Source: an uncultured Desulfatitalea sp.
GTDB taxonomy: Bacteria; Desulfobacterota; Desulfobacteria; Desulfobacterales; Desulfosarcinaceae
Assembly: GCA_963668675.2 (NCBI GenBank)
Contig: CAXXMB010000002.1
Span: 2,496,001 to 2,560,000 of the forward strand
Direction: 5' to 3'
Length of the DNA stretch: 64,000 bases
Shown here: positions 10,281-20,323 of the stretch, in pieces
Layout of the letters: each line of letters starts with the position of its first letter
How positions within the stretch are numbered: the stretch's first letter is position 1
Program-made: the position numbers and the translations under genes
Notes under the pieces: generated by a model
Databases searched by the model: none
What the model saw: only the letters and a program-made list of their open reading frames with translations
Told to the model about the DNA's origin: nothing

Positions 10281-10658
10281 ATGAGTTTCAAGGTTTGCCC
10301 AAAATGTAACGTACAGTGGACCACACGGGACCACTTTCTGGCCGATCCTGAGCTGAAACTGATCGGTTATCAGGTCAATTTCAAGCAGCTCAAGACGGGC
10401 ATCGTGCTGTTCAACCACTCCTGCAGGACAACCTTGGCGCTATACGTGGTTGATTTTCAGGACCTGTATGACGGGCCGGTGTTTGTGGAGCGCGCCACCG
10501 GCAGCGACGACTGCCCGGGTATGTGTCTGCACGAGGAGGATTTGTCACCCTGCCCTGCTCGCTGCGAGTGCGCCTTCGTACGTCATGTTCTGAAGGTGAT
10601 TTCAGACTGGCCCAAAATTCCGCAAAAGAGCGTTTTGCAAGAACAAATTGGATCCTGA
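10281..10658 (+). CDS. Cys-rich hypothetical protein
   Basis: CPKC, HSC, CPGMC and CPARCEC motifs; fills the gap between gatC and gatA. Confidence 0.7.
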   Translation: MSFKVCPKCNVQWTTRDHFLADPELKLIGYQVNFKQLKTGIVLFNHSCRTTLALYVVDFQDLYDGPVFVERATGSDDCPGMCLHEEDLSPCPARCECAFVRHVLKVISDWPKIPQKSVLQEQIGS

Positions 10659-10705
10659 GCGACTGTTTTCGCACAAAAAACCAAATCGATCTGGAGTTCG
10701 TCAAG

Positions 10706-12169
10706 ATGAGTTTGCACACCCTGACCATTGCCCGGGCCCGCGATCTGCTCGAACATAAGGAGATCTCCTCGGTCGAGTTGACCCGGGCCGTGCTGGAACG
10801 CATTCAGCAGGCCGACCCGCTCGTCCACTCCTATCTGACCGTCATTGCCGATCAGGCTCTGGAGCAGGCGGCCAGGGCGGACGAAGAGATTGCCCGGGGC
10901 CGTATGGCGCCCCTCACCGGCATTCCCATCGCCATCAAGGATGTGCTCTGCACCAAAGGGGTGCGCACCACCTGCGGGTCACGCATCCTGGAGGGGTTTG
11001 TGCCCCCCTACGACGCCTTTGTGGTGCAGCGACTCAAAGACCAGGGGGCCGTGCTGGTGGGCAAGTTGAACATGGATGAGTTTGCCATGGGATCGACCAC
11101 CGAACACTCCGCCTACCAGGTGACCCGCAATCCCTGGAACAGGGAGTGTATCCCGGGCGGGTCCAGCGGAGGGTCAGCCGCTGCAGTCGCTGCCGACATG
11201 TGCCTCGCCTCTCTGGGATCGGATACCGGCGGCTCCATCCGCCAGCCGGCCTCCCACTGTGGCGTGGTGGGGCTGAAACCGACCTACGGTCGCGTTTCGC
11301 GTTTCGGCCTGGTCGCCTTCGCCTCCTCCCTGGACCAGATCGGGCCGTTGAGCAAAACCGTAGCCGACAGCGCCTGGATGCTGCAGGCCATTGCGGGACA
11401 CGACCCGGCCGATTCCACCTGCGCGCCCCAACCGGTGCCCGATTACAGCGCTGCGCTCAGCCGCGGTGTAGAGGGCCTCAAAATCGGCATCCCCGAAGCC
11501 CACTTCGACACGCCGGGCCTGGATCCGGAAGTGGCCGCCACGGTGATGAAGGCCATCGATACCTTGAAAGCGCTTGGCGCCCAAACCGTGCCGGTAGAGT
11601 TGCCCCATACCGAATATGGTGTCGCCGCTTACTACGTGATCGCACCGTCTGAGGCCAGCTCCAATCTGGCCCGCTACGATGGCGTCAAATACGGCCTGCG
11701 CAACGTGGAGGCCGGCGACGACCTGATCACCATGTACCGTCGCACCCGCTCCCAGGGATTCGGCCAGGAGGTGCAGCGCCGCATCTTGCTGGGAACCTAT
11801 GCCCTCTCCGCCGGCTATTACGACGCTTACTATCGCAAGGCGTCCCAGGTGCGCACTTTGATCATGCGCGATTTCAGCAGCGCCTTCGAGTGTTGCGATC
11901 TTATCGCCTCGCCGGTGACGCCGACCCCGGCACCGCCCATCGGCGCCCATGTGGACGATCCCCTGGCCATGTACCTGACCGACGTCTATACCCTGCCGGC
12001 CAACCTGGCCGGTATCCCCGGTATTTCGGTGCCGTGCGGCTTTTCGAGCAGCGGCCTGCCGATCGGCCTGCAACTCATGGCCGGCCACTTCCAGGAGGAG
12101 CGGCTGCTGACAGCGGCCCACGCCTTCGAGCAGGCTACGGAATTTCATAAATTGCGACCGGAGATGTGA
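10706..12169 (+). CDS. gatA: Asp/Glu-tRNA amidotransferase subunit A
   Basis: [11 protein letters not shown] and [12 protein letters not shown] amidase signature, [15 protein letters not shown] before ATG 10706. Confidence 0.96.
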   Translation: MSLHTLTIARARDLLEHKEISSVELTRAVLERIQQADPLVHSYLTVIADQALEQAARADEEIARGRMAPLTGIPIAIKDVLCTKGVRTTCGSRILEGFVPPYDAFVVQRLKDQGAVLVGKLNMDEFAMGSTTEHSAYQVTRNPWNRECIPGGSSGGSAAAVAADMCLASLGSDTGGSIRQPASHCGVVGLKPTYGRVSRFGLVAFASSLDQIGPLSKTVADSAWMLQAIAGHDPADSTCAPQPVPDYSAALSRGVEGLKIGIPEAHFDTPGLDPEVAATVMKAIDTLKALGAQTVPVELPHTEYGVAAYYVIAPSEASSNLARYDGVKYGLRNVEAGDDLITMYRRTRSQGFGQEVQRRILLGTYALSAGYYDAYYRKASQVRTLIMRDFSSAFECCDLIASPVTPTPAPPIGAHVDDPLAMYLTDVYTLPANLAGIPGISVPCGFSSSGLPIGLQLMAGHFQEERLLTAAHAFEQATEFHKLRPEM

Positions 12170-12174
12170 TTACG

Positions 12175-12354
12175 ATGACCATCCAACCCGATGGAGAGAA
12201 CATTCGCAAGGCGGTCAAGTGGTTCAGCGCCGAACGTCAGGAACGTCCTGAAGCCCCTGTCATCAAGCTGGTTGATGAGGCGTGTCTGAAATTCAATCTT
12301 TCGCCTAAGGAGGCCGAGTATTTGGATCACCTGGCCAGGGGTGATACCCTGTAG
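12175..12354 (+). CDS. Small hypothetical protein
   Basis: Coupled to the gatA stop; helical sequence IRKAVKW...FNLSPKEAEYL; GGAG upstream. Confidence 0.65.
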   Translation: MTIQPDGENIRKAVKWFSAERQERPEAPVIKLVDEACLKFNLSPKEAEYLDHLARGDTL

Positions 12355-12421
12355 GGCGCTTGAGCTTGAATGGGTTCGTCTTTTTGCATCCCGCTCTTGA
12401 TCTTCAACCAAGGACACCTCC

Positions 12422-14278
12422 ATGCCCCCCATTCGCATCCTGCCTGACATTCTGGCCAACAAGATCGCTGCCGGCGAGGTGGTCGAACGGCCGGCTTCGG
12501 TGGTCAAGGAGCTGGTGGAGAATGCCCTGGATGCCGGCGGCGAACGGATCACCGTCGAAATCGAAAACGGTGGGCGCTCGCTCATCCAGGTGGCCGACAA
12601 CGGCACCGGCATGGGTCACGATGATGCCCTGCTGGCCCTGGAGCGCTTTGCCACCAGTAAGCTTTACAGCGATGAGGACCTGGCGGCCATTCGCACCTTG
12701 GGGTTCCGGGGCGAGGCCCTGCCGAGCATAGCGGCGGTATCGCATCTGACCCTGACCACCCGTGCCCGTGAGAATGAGAGCGGTGTCGAGGTAAGGATCC
12801 GGGGGGGCAAGATGGTTCAGGTCACCGAAACCGGAGCGCCCCAGGGCACGCTGGTGCGCGTGGAGCGGCTTTTTTTCAATACCCCGGCCCGACGCAAGTT
12901 CCTCAAAAGCACCGGCACCGAGATGGGCCACATCGCCGATCACGTGGCCGGCATGGCCCTGGGATATCCCCAGGTGCATTTCAAACTCATCCACAACGGA
13001 AAACAGGTCAAGCAGTGGACCCGGACGACCGATCCTGCCGTGCGCGCAGCCGATGTGATGGGACGGATCACACGTGAAGACCTGGTCGATTTGAACAGCG
13101 AGCCCGGGTTGAACAGCGAGGCTGGGCTGAACAGCGAGGCTGGGCCGCTGCGTCTGAGCGGCTTTCTGGCGCCGGCCCGCATGGCGCGCGGCACCTCCCG
13201 GGGCACCTACCTGTTCGTCAACGGCCGCCGGGTGCGGGACCGGGTCATCCAGCACGCCCTCTTCGAAGGCTTCCGCGGCCGGCTGATGAAGGGGCAGTTT
13301 CCGCGGGCGGTCCTCTTTCTGAAGATCCCGTTCGACCAGGTCGATGTCAATGTGCATCCGACCAAACACGAGATCCGCTTTGTCGATCAGCGGCGGGTAC
13401 ACGCCCTGGTGCAGCAGTCGGTGGCCGGCGCCCTCGCCAGGGCTGATCGCAGGATATGGGCCGGCGCCGGCAGTGAAGTAACGCGTACCGCCGTGGCGGA
13501 GCCTGAATCGGCCTATGCGCCCTCCGATCCACCGGCATGGACACCGATTTCGCCCAGCCGACCCGTTCGAGCCGCCCCGCCCAAACCGGAGGCGGACGGG
13601 AACCACTCCGATTTCCCCCCTTCGTCTGCTAAAGCAGTTGCGCAACCGGCGCTGGCAACTGAACCGCCGAGGGGCCAGCAGCCGCTGTGGAGCGGCCGCC
13701 GCTTTACGGATCTGACCGTCATCGGTCAGTTCCGGGGCACCTACATCCTCTGCCAGGACGGTGACGATCTGATCCTCATCGATCAGCACGCGGCCCACGA
13801 GCGCATCGTCTACGAGCGCCTCTCCCGTGTCGGGCGACGCATCGAGGCGCAGCATCTGCTGATGCCGGAAACCGTCGAACTCGGTTTTGCCGAGGCCCGG
13901 ATGCTCGAGCAGTTGATCGAAGGCCTCAACGATCTGGGCCTGGAGGTAGAGCCCTTTGGCGGTACAACCTTCGTGGTCAAGACCGTACCGACGGTTTTGG
14001 GTGATGAAGATGTCGGCCGGCTGGTGACCGACCTGGCCGAACGCAGCACGGAGATCGGCATGGGCGCAGGCGTCGAACGCATCCTGGATGCCTGTCGTAT
14101 GGTGATGGCGTGTCACAATGCGGTGAGGGCCAAACAGCACCTGGCCGAACCGCAAATACGCCACCTCCTCGAGGAGCTCGACCGTTGCGAGCACCCCTCA
14201 AATTGCCCTCACGGACGTCCCACGTGGATTCGCTGGACCCTGCGCGACCTGGAAAAGGCGTTCGGGCGGGTGGTTTGA
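12422..14278 (+). CDS. mutL: DNA mismatch repair endonuclease MutL
   Basis: IAAGEVVERPASVVKELVEN, GFRGEAL, DVNVHPTK, DQHAAHER, CPHGRP. Confidence 0.97.
   Translation: MPPIRILPDILANKIAAGEVVERPASVVKELVENALDAGGERITVEIENGGRSLIQVADNGTGMGHDDALLALERFATSKLYSDEDLAAIRTLGFRGEALPSIAAVSHLTLTTRARENESGVEVRIRGGKMVQVTETGAPQGTLVRVERLFFNTPARRKFLKSTGTEMGHIADHVAGMALGYPQVHFKLIHNGKQVKQWTRTTDPAVRAADVMGRITREDLVDLNSEPGLNSEAGLNSEAGPLRLSGFLAPARMARGTSRGTYLFVNGRRVRDRVIQHALFEGFRGRLMKGQFPRAVLFLKIPFDQVDVNVHPTKHEIRFVDQRRVHALVQQSVAGALARADRRIWAGAGSEVTRTAVAEPESAYAPSDPPAWTPISPSRPVRAAPPKPEADGNHSDFPPSSAKAVAQPALATEPPRGQQPLWSGRRFTDLTVIGQFRGTYILCQDGDDLILIDQHAAHERIVYERLSRVGRRIEAQHLLMPETVELGFAEARMLEQLIEGLNDLGLEVEPFGGTTFVVKTVPTVLGDEDVGRLVTDLAERSTEIGMGAGVERILDACRMVMACHNAVRAKQHLAEPQIRHLLEELDRCEHPSNCPHGRPTWIRWTLRDLEKAFGRVV
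13091..13144 (+). repeat. In-frame 18-bp tandem repeat x3 inside mutL
   Basis: TTGAACAGCGAGCCCGGG / TTGAACAGCGAGGCTGGG / CTGAACAGCGAGGCTGGG = LNSEPG LNSEAG LNSEAG. Confidence 0.9.
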
Positions 14279-14515
14279 GTTGGTTGAGTTGGTTGTGTTT
14301 CTTGGGTTGGTTGGGTTGGTTGTGTTTCTTGGGTTCGTTGGGTTGGTTGGGTTTCTTGGGTTCGTTGAGTTGACAGTCCCCAATGGGGCAGTAAAGCAGT
14401 CACACCCCCATATGAAGTATTCCCCACCAACCCAATAAACTCAACAAACCCAACCAACCCAACGAGCTCAATATACTCAATAAACCCAAAAAACTATCCG
14501 ACTCAAAAAACTCAA
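14275..14515. repeat. Inverted pair of 9-bp tandem repeat arrays
   Basis: 11 x TTG(G/A/T)GTTNN at 14275-14373, 53-bp spacer, then ~9 x NNAAC(C/T)CAA at 14427-14515. Confidence 0.92.
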
Positions 14516-14521
14516 AACCAC

Positions 14522-14550
14522 TTGACTTATACTTTTAACCTTGATAGCTT
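14522..14550 (+). promoter_or_regulatory. Sigma70-type promoter for the porin
   Basis: TTGACT-17 bp-TAGCTT with extended TG. Confidence 0.6.
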
Positions 14551-14754
14551 CGTCATATTATTGTGTGGCCGAATGTAATTGATAACTGCCAATTAACTGA
14601 ACGAGGCCCAATATCCAATTGATGCGAACGATACCGAACGTCTCGAAAGGAACCTATTTGGGAAGCAAAGTCTATTGGCGGCGTCAAGCTGCGTTCGGCC
14701 ATTGTTGTTTTATTGGTTTGGTTTTCTTTTAACCTGTCTTAAGGAGGACAACAG

Positions 14755-15909
14755 ATGAAGAAACTATTGGTAATTCTTTTGGTGCTGGGGTTGGCAGCCC
14801 CGGCAATGGCAAGTGACTGGTATTTCTATGGCAGCGCAAGAACCCATTTGGGGTACTATATGGTCGATGAGGACTTTGCTACCGGGCCTGCCACCGATCC
14901 CAGCATTGGATCAAACGGCCTGGACGATGATTCGGGTACGACCTTAAACCTTTACGGCCAGAGCCGTTTCGGAGGAAAAGCGGTTGTTTCCGATAATTTT
15001 TCAGGCGGTTTTGAATTCGGTCTAAGAGAGACTGGCACTGGAGGAGAAGAGGAAGCCGTTTATTTGCGTTTGATCTACGGCACCTGGAATTTTGGTGCCG
15101 GCAAACTCATGGTCGGTAAACACTATACGCCAGCCACCTTCCTTGGATACTCTGGAATGGGTGCCGACCTGGGCGACAATGGCGATGCCAACATGCTGGT
15201 TGCCGGTCTGGCCTATATCGGCCGTCAGCCCCAGATTCGCCTGAGCTTCGGCTCTTTTGACATTGCCTTGATTCAACCCAACACTAGTGCCAATGACCTG
15301 GGCGCCGGCGATATTGATTTTACCTTTCCGCGCATCGAAGCGGCCTACGTATTTAAAACACCCGTAGTCTCCATTCGTCCGATCGCTGCTTTTCAGACCT
15401 ACAAAGCTGAGGATCAAACGACAGGTGATGACGAAACGATTATGAGCTATACGCTTGGTTTGGGTGTTAGTGCAACACTAGGGCCGGCTTACATCAAGGC
15501 AACCTTTTCTTATCTCCAAAACCCCGGCAACTATGGCGACACCAACCTGTTGGTGCTGGATGCTTTGCGTGTAGGCGCCGGTAACGCTCAATTCATCAAC
15601 GGCGACGTTGAGGATGCCGAAGAGATGCAGGGCACTTTCGTGGTCGGCGTGAAGCTTAACAAGGCGTTCGGTTTGGAAGCCGGTGTCGGCTACGGCAGTC
15701 TCGAACAAGACGTTGCAGTGCTAGGTGGCGCCACCGTCAAGCAGACTGGCTTTGTGTATTACCTTCAGGCCCCCATCGGTTTGGCCAAGGGCGTGACCCT
15801 TATTCCCGAAATCGGCATGATGGATCGTGATGATTACGAAATTGGCGGAGTTGACGTGCCGGCTGGTGATATGACATACGTCGATGTGAATTTCCGAGTC
15901 GATTTCTAA
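14755..15909 (+). CDS. Outer membrane porin-like beta-barrel protein
   Basis: AAGGAGG RBS, signal peptide ending AMA, SRFG motif, amphipathic strands, C-terminal Phe. Confidence 0.8.
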   Translation: MKKLLVILLVLGLAAPAMASDWYFYGSARTHLGYYMVDEDFATGPATDPSIGSNGLDDDSGTTLNLYGQSRFGGKAVVSDNFSGGFEFGLRETGTGGEEEAVYLRLIYGTWNFGAGKLMVGKHYTPATFLGYSGMGADLGDNGDANMLVAGLAYIGRQPQIRLSFGSFDIALIQPNTSANDLGAGDIDFTFPRIEAAYVFKTPVVSIRPIAAFQTYKAEDQTTGDDETIMSYTLGLGVSATLGPAYIKATFSYLQNPGNYGDTNLLVLDALRVGAGNAQFINGDVEDAEEMQGTFVVGVKLNKAFGLEAGVGYGSLEQDVAVLGGATVKQTGFVYYLQAPIGLAKGVTLIPEIGMMDRDDYEIGGVDVPAGDMTYVDVNFRVDF

Positions 15910-15952
15910 GTTTCTAAGCCGCATTAAAGAAAACTATCGTTATAGTGCAGAT

Positions 15953-15990
15953 AATAAACCAGGGCGCATAAGCGCCCTGGTTTATTTATT
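15953..15990. terminator. Bidirectional terminator
   Basis: AATAAACCAGGGCGC-ATAA-GCGCCCTGGTTTATT perfect hairpin between convergent genes. Confidence 0.85.
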
Positions 15991-16300
15991 AGTGGAAAAT
16001 AAGAGGTTAAGCTACGGGACGAAGCATGACACTAAGATTACCTCCCACCTTATTCAATACGCCAACTTTATTATAACCTGCCCGGTGCTCTAAGAAGTTT
16101 ACGCAGTGTGGGCTTCTTCCTATTAAACTTGCTGCCGCTAATTGGTCCTTTTTGAAAAAGAGGGACTTTTTTGTTGAATCGTAGTGCTTTCAATAGAACA
16201 ATCGAATGCGTGATACAGATTATGAATAAAGCCTTTTCCTCACTCAAGCTTCATTGAGAGAGCCGGCAAACCTATACGTATGTATAGATAGGATAAAGCT

Positions 16301-18064
16301 TTATTTGGCAGGAAGATTCAAATCAAAAGCGATTAATGTGCTGCGCGCATCGGTAAAGATGATTGCCCCTTCTTTAGAAATGACTGCCGCCAATATCTCT
16401 GTGGTTCCATCGTTGTCAAAATCGGCAACTACAAAATCTTGAACCCGTCCGGAGAGTTGGCGTGTCTGCCAGGCTGGTACTAATCCCAATCCATCCCAAC
16501 GCAGTGCCACGATGTGGGATTTTGAAAAGTATCGCTGAGTTTCGAGCACGCGACCAGTGCTGCCGTGATTTTTAGCAGTGAGCACTTCGAATTGTCCGTC
16601 GTGGTTAAAATCAATCGCGCGCAGTCGGATAGGCAGGTAAGAGTTTGAATATTGCTGGTCCGGTGAGGTGGGTGGGGCGGCAAAGTAGAGTGTAGTTCCA
16701 CCAAACTTATCTTCACTTCTCCATTCCGTCTTGCCGTTCGGCAGCATGACGCGCAGATGATCCCTTGGGCCTAAAATGATGATGCTTTTTTCTTGCGCCT
16801 CAGTAATGTCGCCAATAGTGAGCCCCAAAACGTTTGCTTTTCGGCTTGGTAGGATTTTTCGGACAGGTTCGTAATTGACTCCTTTCCATTCCATTTCGAA
16901 AATTGCGCCGAAAAAGGGGTCACTCCCGGCGCTCTGGGACTGGCCAATTAATCGGGATCCTAAGTGAGCATCTTGAATGACATTGTAGTAATAGTTGGTG
17001 CCTTCGACAATGGGCCGATATTGGCTGCCATCGTATTCCAGCACCGATGATTGCAGGGCATCCATAGCGACGGTAAACGCTGTTACGAAGATCTCCAGGG
17101 TGCCGTTGCCGTTGATATCGCCGATGCTGACGCTGATGTTACGCACCCAGCGGCTGGTTTCGATTTCCGCCACTGTTTGTTGGCGTCCTTGGGCAAATCG
17201 GTAAATCATGACTTTTTCGGGCATGGCCACCACGGTTTCCATCTGGCCGTCACCGTCCACATCGCCCACATCGATCCCGTTGATAAGTGCGGGGTAGTTG
17301 CGGCTTTTCCAGAAACCGACTTGTCCCTGTGTCTGCATACCTGGGCTGGTGATGAAGGCCGGGTTCAACTGGTTGACCGGGGGGCTGCCGGTCGGCGCAG
17401 CTGTTTGAGATGCGACGAGGGGGCTCTCCATGCGTTGGTTAGGAACCGCCGCTCTTCCACTCTGAATCAATTTCTCCGGATGCATGTGGATATCGGGCGG
17501 CGAGGGTTGGAACGGTGCCGGCGTGGGTGGCATTGCGGCCACCGCAGTTGGGGCCGTCACTGCGGCTTTGTTCGAAGCCGGCGGTTCGATGCCGAAGGCT
17601 TGTCGGTTGATATCGGCCGCCATCAGATTGATCTGACCGATGACGTTGCCCATCCCCTGAGTCTGTTTGAAGAAGGTGAGCGGCGGATTTACGCCGGTGA
17701 CGTCGATCATCTTGGCGTCGATGCTGACACTGTCGCCCAGAACGGTAAGGCTTCCGTGGATCGTGCGATCGGCGTTCAATTTGAGACCCACCTGCCGGAC
17801 CAAATCGTCTCCGCTGGCGTTTTGGGCCGCTGCAACGGCTTCGTCCGTGGCGACCGGGTCGATCACGGTTACCTTGCCCGGATCAGACAGGCGCGAGGTC
17901 AACATCTGGACGATGCCTTCCTGCAGAAAGGTGTAGTCTTTATCCGCATGGATCGCAAACGGCAGGATCGCTATTTTGACAGGTTCAGCCATAGCGATCG
18001 TGGGTATAATGGAGAATAAAACGATATAGATGAAGATTTTATAAAGACGGCAGTGTGCTTTCAA
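16301..18064 (-). CDS. Secreted FG-GAP/VCBS repeat protein
   Basis: Repeated GDVDGDG, GDINGNG, DFNHDG and DFDNDG motifs; signal peptide; TTG start after AAGGAG. Confidence 0.8.
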   Translation of the reverse strand: MKAHCRLYKIFIYIVLFSIIPTIAMAEPVKIAILPFAIHADKDYTFLQEGIVQMLTSRLSDPGKVTVIDPVATDEAVAAAQNASGDDLVRQVGLKLNADRTIHGSLTVLGDSVSIDAKMIDVTGVNPPLTFFKQTQGMGNVIGQINLMAADINRQAFGIEPPASNKAAVTAPTAVAAMPPTPAPFQPSPPDIHMHPEKLIQSGRAAVPNQRMESPLVASQTAAPTGSPPVNQLNPAFITSPGMQTQGQVGFWKSRNYPALINGIDVGDVDGDGQMETVVAMPEKVMIYRFAQGRQQTVAEIETSRWVRNISVSIGDINGNGTLEIFVTAFTVAMDALQSSVLEYDGSQYRPIVEGTNYYYNVIQDAHLGSRLIGQSQSAGSDPFFGAIFEMEWKGVNYEPVRKILPSRKANVLGLTIGDITEAQEKSIIILGPRDHLRVMLPNGKTEWRSEDKFGGTTLYFAAPPTSPDQQYSNSYLPIRLRAIDFNHDGQFEVLTAKNHGSTGRVLETQRYFSKSHIVALRWDGLGLVPAWQTRQLSGRVQDFVVADFDNDGTTEILAAVISKEGAIIFTDARSTLIAFDLNLPAK

Positions 18065-18077
18065 AGTGTGCTCCTTT

Positions 18078-19511
18078 TTACCCATCCAACTTCTGTTTTA
18101 AAATCTCATTGACAACCTTCGGATTGGCCTTTCCCCGCGTGGCTTTCATCACCTGGCCGACGAAGAATCCCATCAGTTTGGCCTGGCCGGCTTTGTAGCG
18201 CTCAACTTCGTCGGGGGAATTGGTCAGCACCTGATCCACGGCCGTTTCGATGGCACCGCTGTCCGACACCTGGACCAGGCCCTTGGCCTCTACGATCTCC
18301 GCCGGTGGTTTTCCAGTAGCAGCCATCTCCTCGAAGACGGTTTTGGCAATCTTTCCGCTGATGGTCCCTTTGTCGATCAGTTTCAGGAGGTCGGCCAGGT
18401 TTTGGGGCGTTATCGGCGAATCCTCGATCGATTGATCCTGGGCGTTGAGCAGCCCTAGCAGCGGGCCCATGATCCAGTTGCCGACCGCCTTGGGGGTATT
18501 GTGGTGCTTAAGGCAATCTTCAAAAAAATCGGCGAGTTCACGGCTGCTGGTCAGCACCCCGGCGTCGTAGTCCGGCAGTTCGTAATCGGCGATAAATCGC
18601 GCCCGGCGCTCGTCGGGCAGTTCAGGCAGCGATGTGCGCACCGCTTCGATCCATTCGGGGGCGATGTCCAGGGGCAGGAGGTCGGGATCGGGAAAATAGC
18701 GGTAGTCGTGGGCCTCCTCTTTGCTGCGCATGGAGAGGGTGATTCCTTTGTCCGGGTCCCACAGGCGGGTCTCCTGCACCACTTCGCCGCCGTCGAGCAG
18801 GGTTTCGGTCTGGCGGGCGATCTCGTAGCGGATCGCCTTCTCCACATGCTTAAACGAGTTGAGGTTCTTGATTTCGGCGCGGGTACCGAAGGCTTCCGTT
18901 CCCTTGGGCCGGATCGAAACGTTGGCATCGCAGCGGAAGCTGCCCTCTTCCATGTTGCCGTCGCCGATATCGATCCAGCGGACGATGGCCCGCAGCACCC
19001 TTAAATAGGCGCCGGCCTCTTCGGCTGAACGCAGGTCGGGCTCGCTGACGATCTCCATGAGGGGCACGCCGGTGCGATTGAGGTCGACAAAGCTGATCGG
19101 TCGGTCGGCATCGTGCACCAGCTTGCCGGCGTCCTCTTCCATATGGATGCGGGTCAAACCGATACGACGGGTCCGGCCGTCGATCTGGATCTCCACATGG
19201 CCTTCGACGGCGATGGGCAGCTCGTACTGGGAGATCTGATAGCCTTTGGGCAGATCCGGGTAGAAGTAGTTCTTACGGGCGAAGCGGCTGCGGCCCGGCA
19301 CGCTGCAGTGGGTGGCCAGGGCCATGCGCAGGGTGTAATCCACCACCTTTTTGTTGAGCACCGGCAGAACGCCCGGCATGCCCAGGCAGACAGGACAGGT
19401 GTGGGTGTTGGGCGGTGCGCCGAACTGTGTTGAGCAGCCGCAGAATATTTTGGTGGCCGTCTTGAGTTGGGCATGCACCTCCAGCCCGATTACAGGTTCG
19501 AATGTCGTCAT
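18078..19511 (-). CDS. gatB: Asp/Glu-tRNA amidotransferase subunit B
   Basis: [48 protein letters not shown]. Confidence 0.97.
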   Translation of the reverse strand: MTTFEPVIGLEVHAQLKTATKIFCGCSTQFGAPPNTHTCPVCLGMPGVLPVLNKKVVDYTLRMALATHCSVPGRSRFARKNYFYPDLPKGYQISQYELPIAVEGHVEIQIDGRTRRIGLTRIHMEEDAGKLVHDADRPISFVDLNRTGVPLMEIVSEPDLRSAEEAGAYLRVLRAIVRWIDIGDGNMEEGSFRCDANVSIRPKGTEAFGTRAEIKNLNSFKHVEKAIRYEIARQTETLLDGGEVVQETRLWDPDKGITLSMRSKEEAHDYRYFPDPDLLPLDIAPEWIEAVRTSLPELPDERRARFIADYELPDYDAGVLTSSRELADFFEDCLKHHNTPKAVGNWIMGPLLGLLNAQDQSIEDSPITPQNLADLLKLIDKGTISGKIAKTVFEEMAATGKPPAEIVEAKGLVQVSDSGAIETAVDQVLTNSPDEVERYKAGQAKLMGFFVGQVMKATRGKANPKVVNEILKQKLDG

Positions 19512-19661
19512 GGGAAGCCTATTTTACTTCTGCAATTTCCGGTTTATTTTTTGCATCAACTTCTCGTAATTGTTGCTTTTTCTTAAACCGGACATTGCTG
19601 GCTGTTTAAGAAAATTTGCAAACAAAATGGGACCTTTTCAGACGCATGAGCGTGATAAAAT

Positions 19662-19988
19662 TCAGATATTCTTCAATTTGGCAGACAAATCAGGTAGGTC
19701 GAGCTGAATTGTATCCCATACCAGTTCCAAATTCACTCGTCCATAATCATGAATTAGGAAATTACGCATGCCGATAATTTGTTCCCACGGTACATTGGGG
19801 TGTTTCGATTTGATTGAATCAGGCAACCTGTTCGCTGCTTCTCCTATGATTTCAAGACGCCTTATAACTGCATCTTGTACGACGTCTGCCGTCATGAATT
19901 CTGTTTTTTGCATTCCCTTAACATATTTCATGATCGCATTGATGGAATCGCGGATATCATCAAGGAATATGAGAGGGTCTCTATTCAT
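19662..19988 (-). CDS. HEPN (DUF86/HepT-like) RNase toxin
   Basis: LEIIGEAA and RNFLIHDY (RX4HXY) motifs; overlaps the MNT gene by 4 bp. Confidence 0.9.
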   Translation of the reverse strand: MNRDPLIFLDDIRDSINAIMKYVKGMQKTEFMTADVVQDAVIRRLEIIGEAANRLPDSIKSKHPNVPWEQIIGMRNFLIHDYGRVNLELVWDTIQLDLPDLSAKLKNI

Positions 19989-20275
19989 AGAATTGTGATT
20001 TGGTCCTTCAGCACCTGCCTTTTAATCCTGGGGTGCAGATCATTATGGCTGACCAGATCGATTTTACACCCCAGCTCATTTTCGAGATCCATTTTGAGCT
20101 TTACGGCTTTGAACAGAGTGGTGCCGGCACCATACTCGACCATCATATCGATATCGCTGCCCTCCCGGCTCTCTCCACGTGCAAAAGAGCCAAAAAGCGA
20201 GGCTTTCTTAACATTGTTTCGTTTTAATATAGGTATTACCCTGCTACTAAAATTTGATATTTCAAGGTCTATCAT
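19985..20275 (-). CDS. Minimal nucleotidyltransferase (MntA-like) antitoxin
   Basis: FGSFARGESREGSDIDMMV (GSX10DXD); GGAGG RBS before ATG 20275. Confidence 0.9.
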   Translation of the reverse strand: MIDLEISNFSSRVIPILKRNNVKKASLFGSFARGESREGSDIDMMVEYGAGTTLFKAVKLKMDLENELGCKIDLVSHNDLHPRIKRQVLKDQITIL

Positions 20276-20323
20276 TGATGCCTCCGTCGACATCGGAAAT
20301 CGCATTTCAACAGTCTCTAACTA

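Noticed and set aside
12404..14194. Long antisense ORFs (596 aa here; also 2829-4127, 29213-30724, 32274-33392, 53652-54998)
   Set aside because: They are shadows of well-supported genes on the opposite strand in GC-rich DNA and carry no recognisable motifs
14275..14515. Possible CRISPR array, or the short repetitive ORFs (14110-14373, 14198-14383, 14209-14457)
   Set aside because: Units are contiguous 9-mers with no unique spacers and no cas genes; the ORFs are just translations of the repeat
14641..14673. Resemblance to a c-di-GMP-I riboswitch (CGAAAG...GGGAAGCAAAG)
   Set aside because: The P1/P2 pairing and downstream conserved elements could not be built; kept only as an unassigned structured leader
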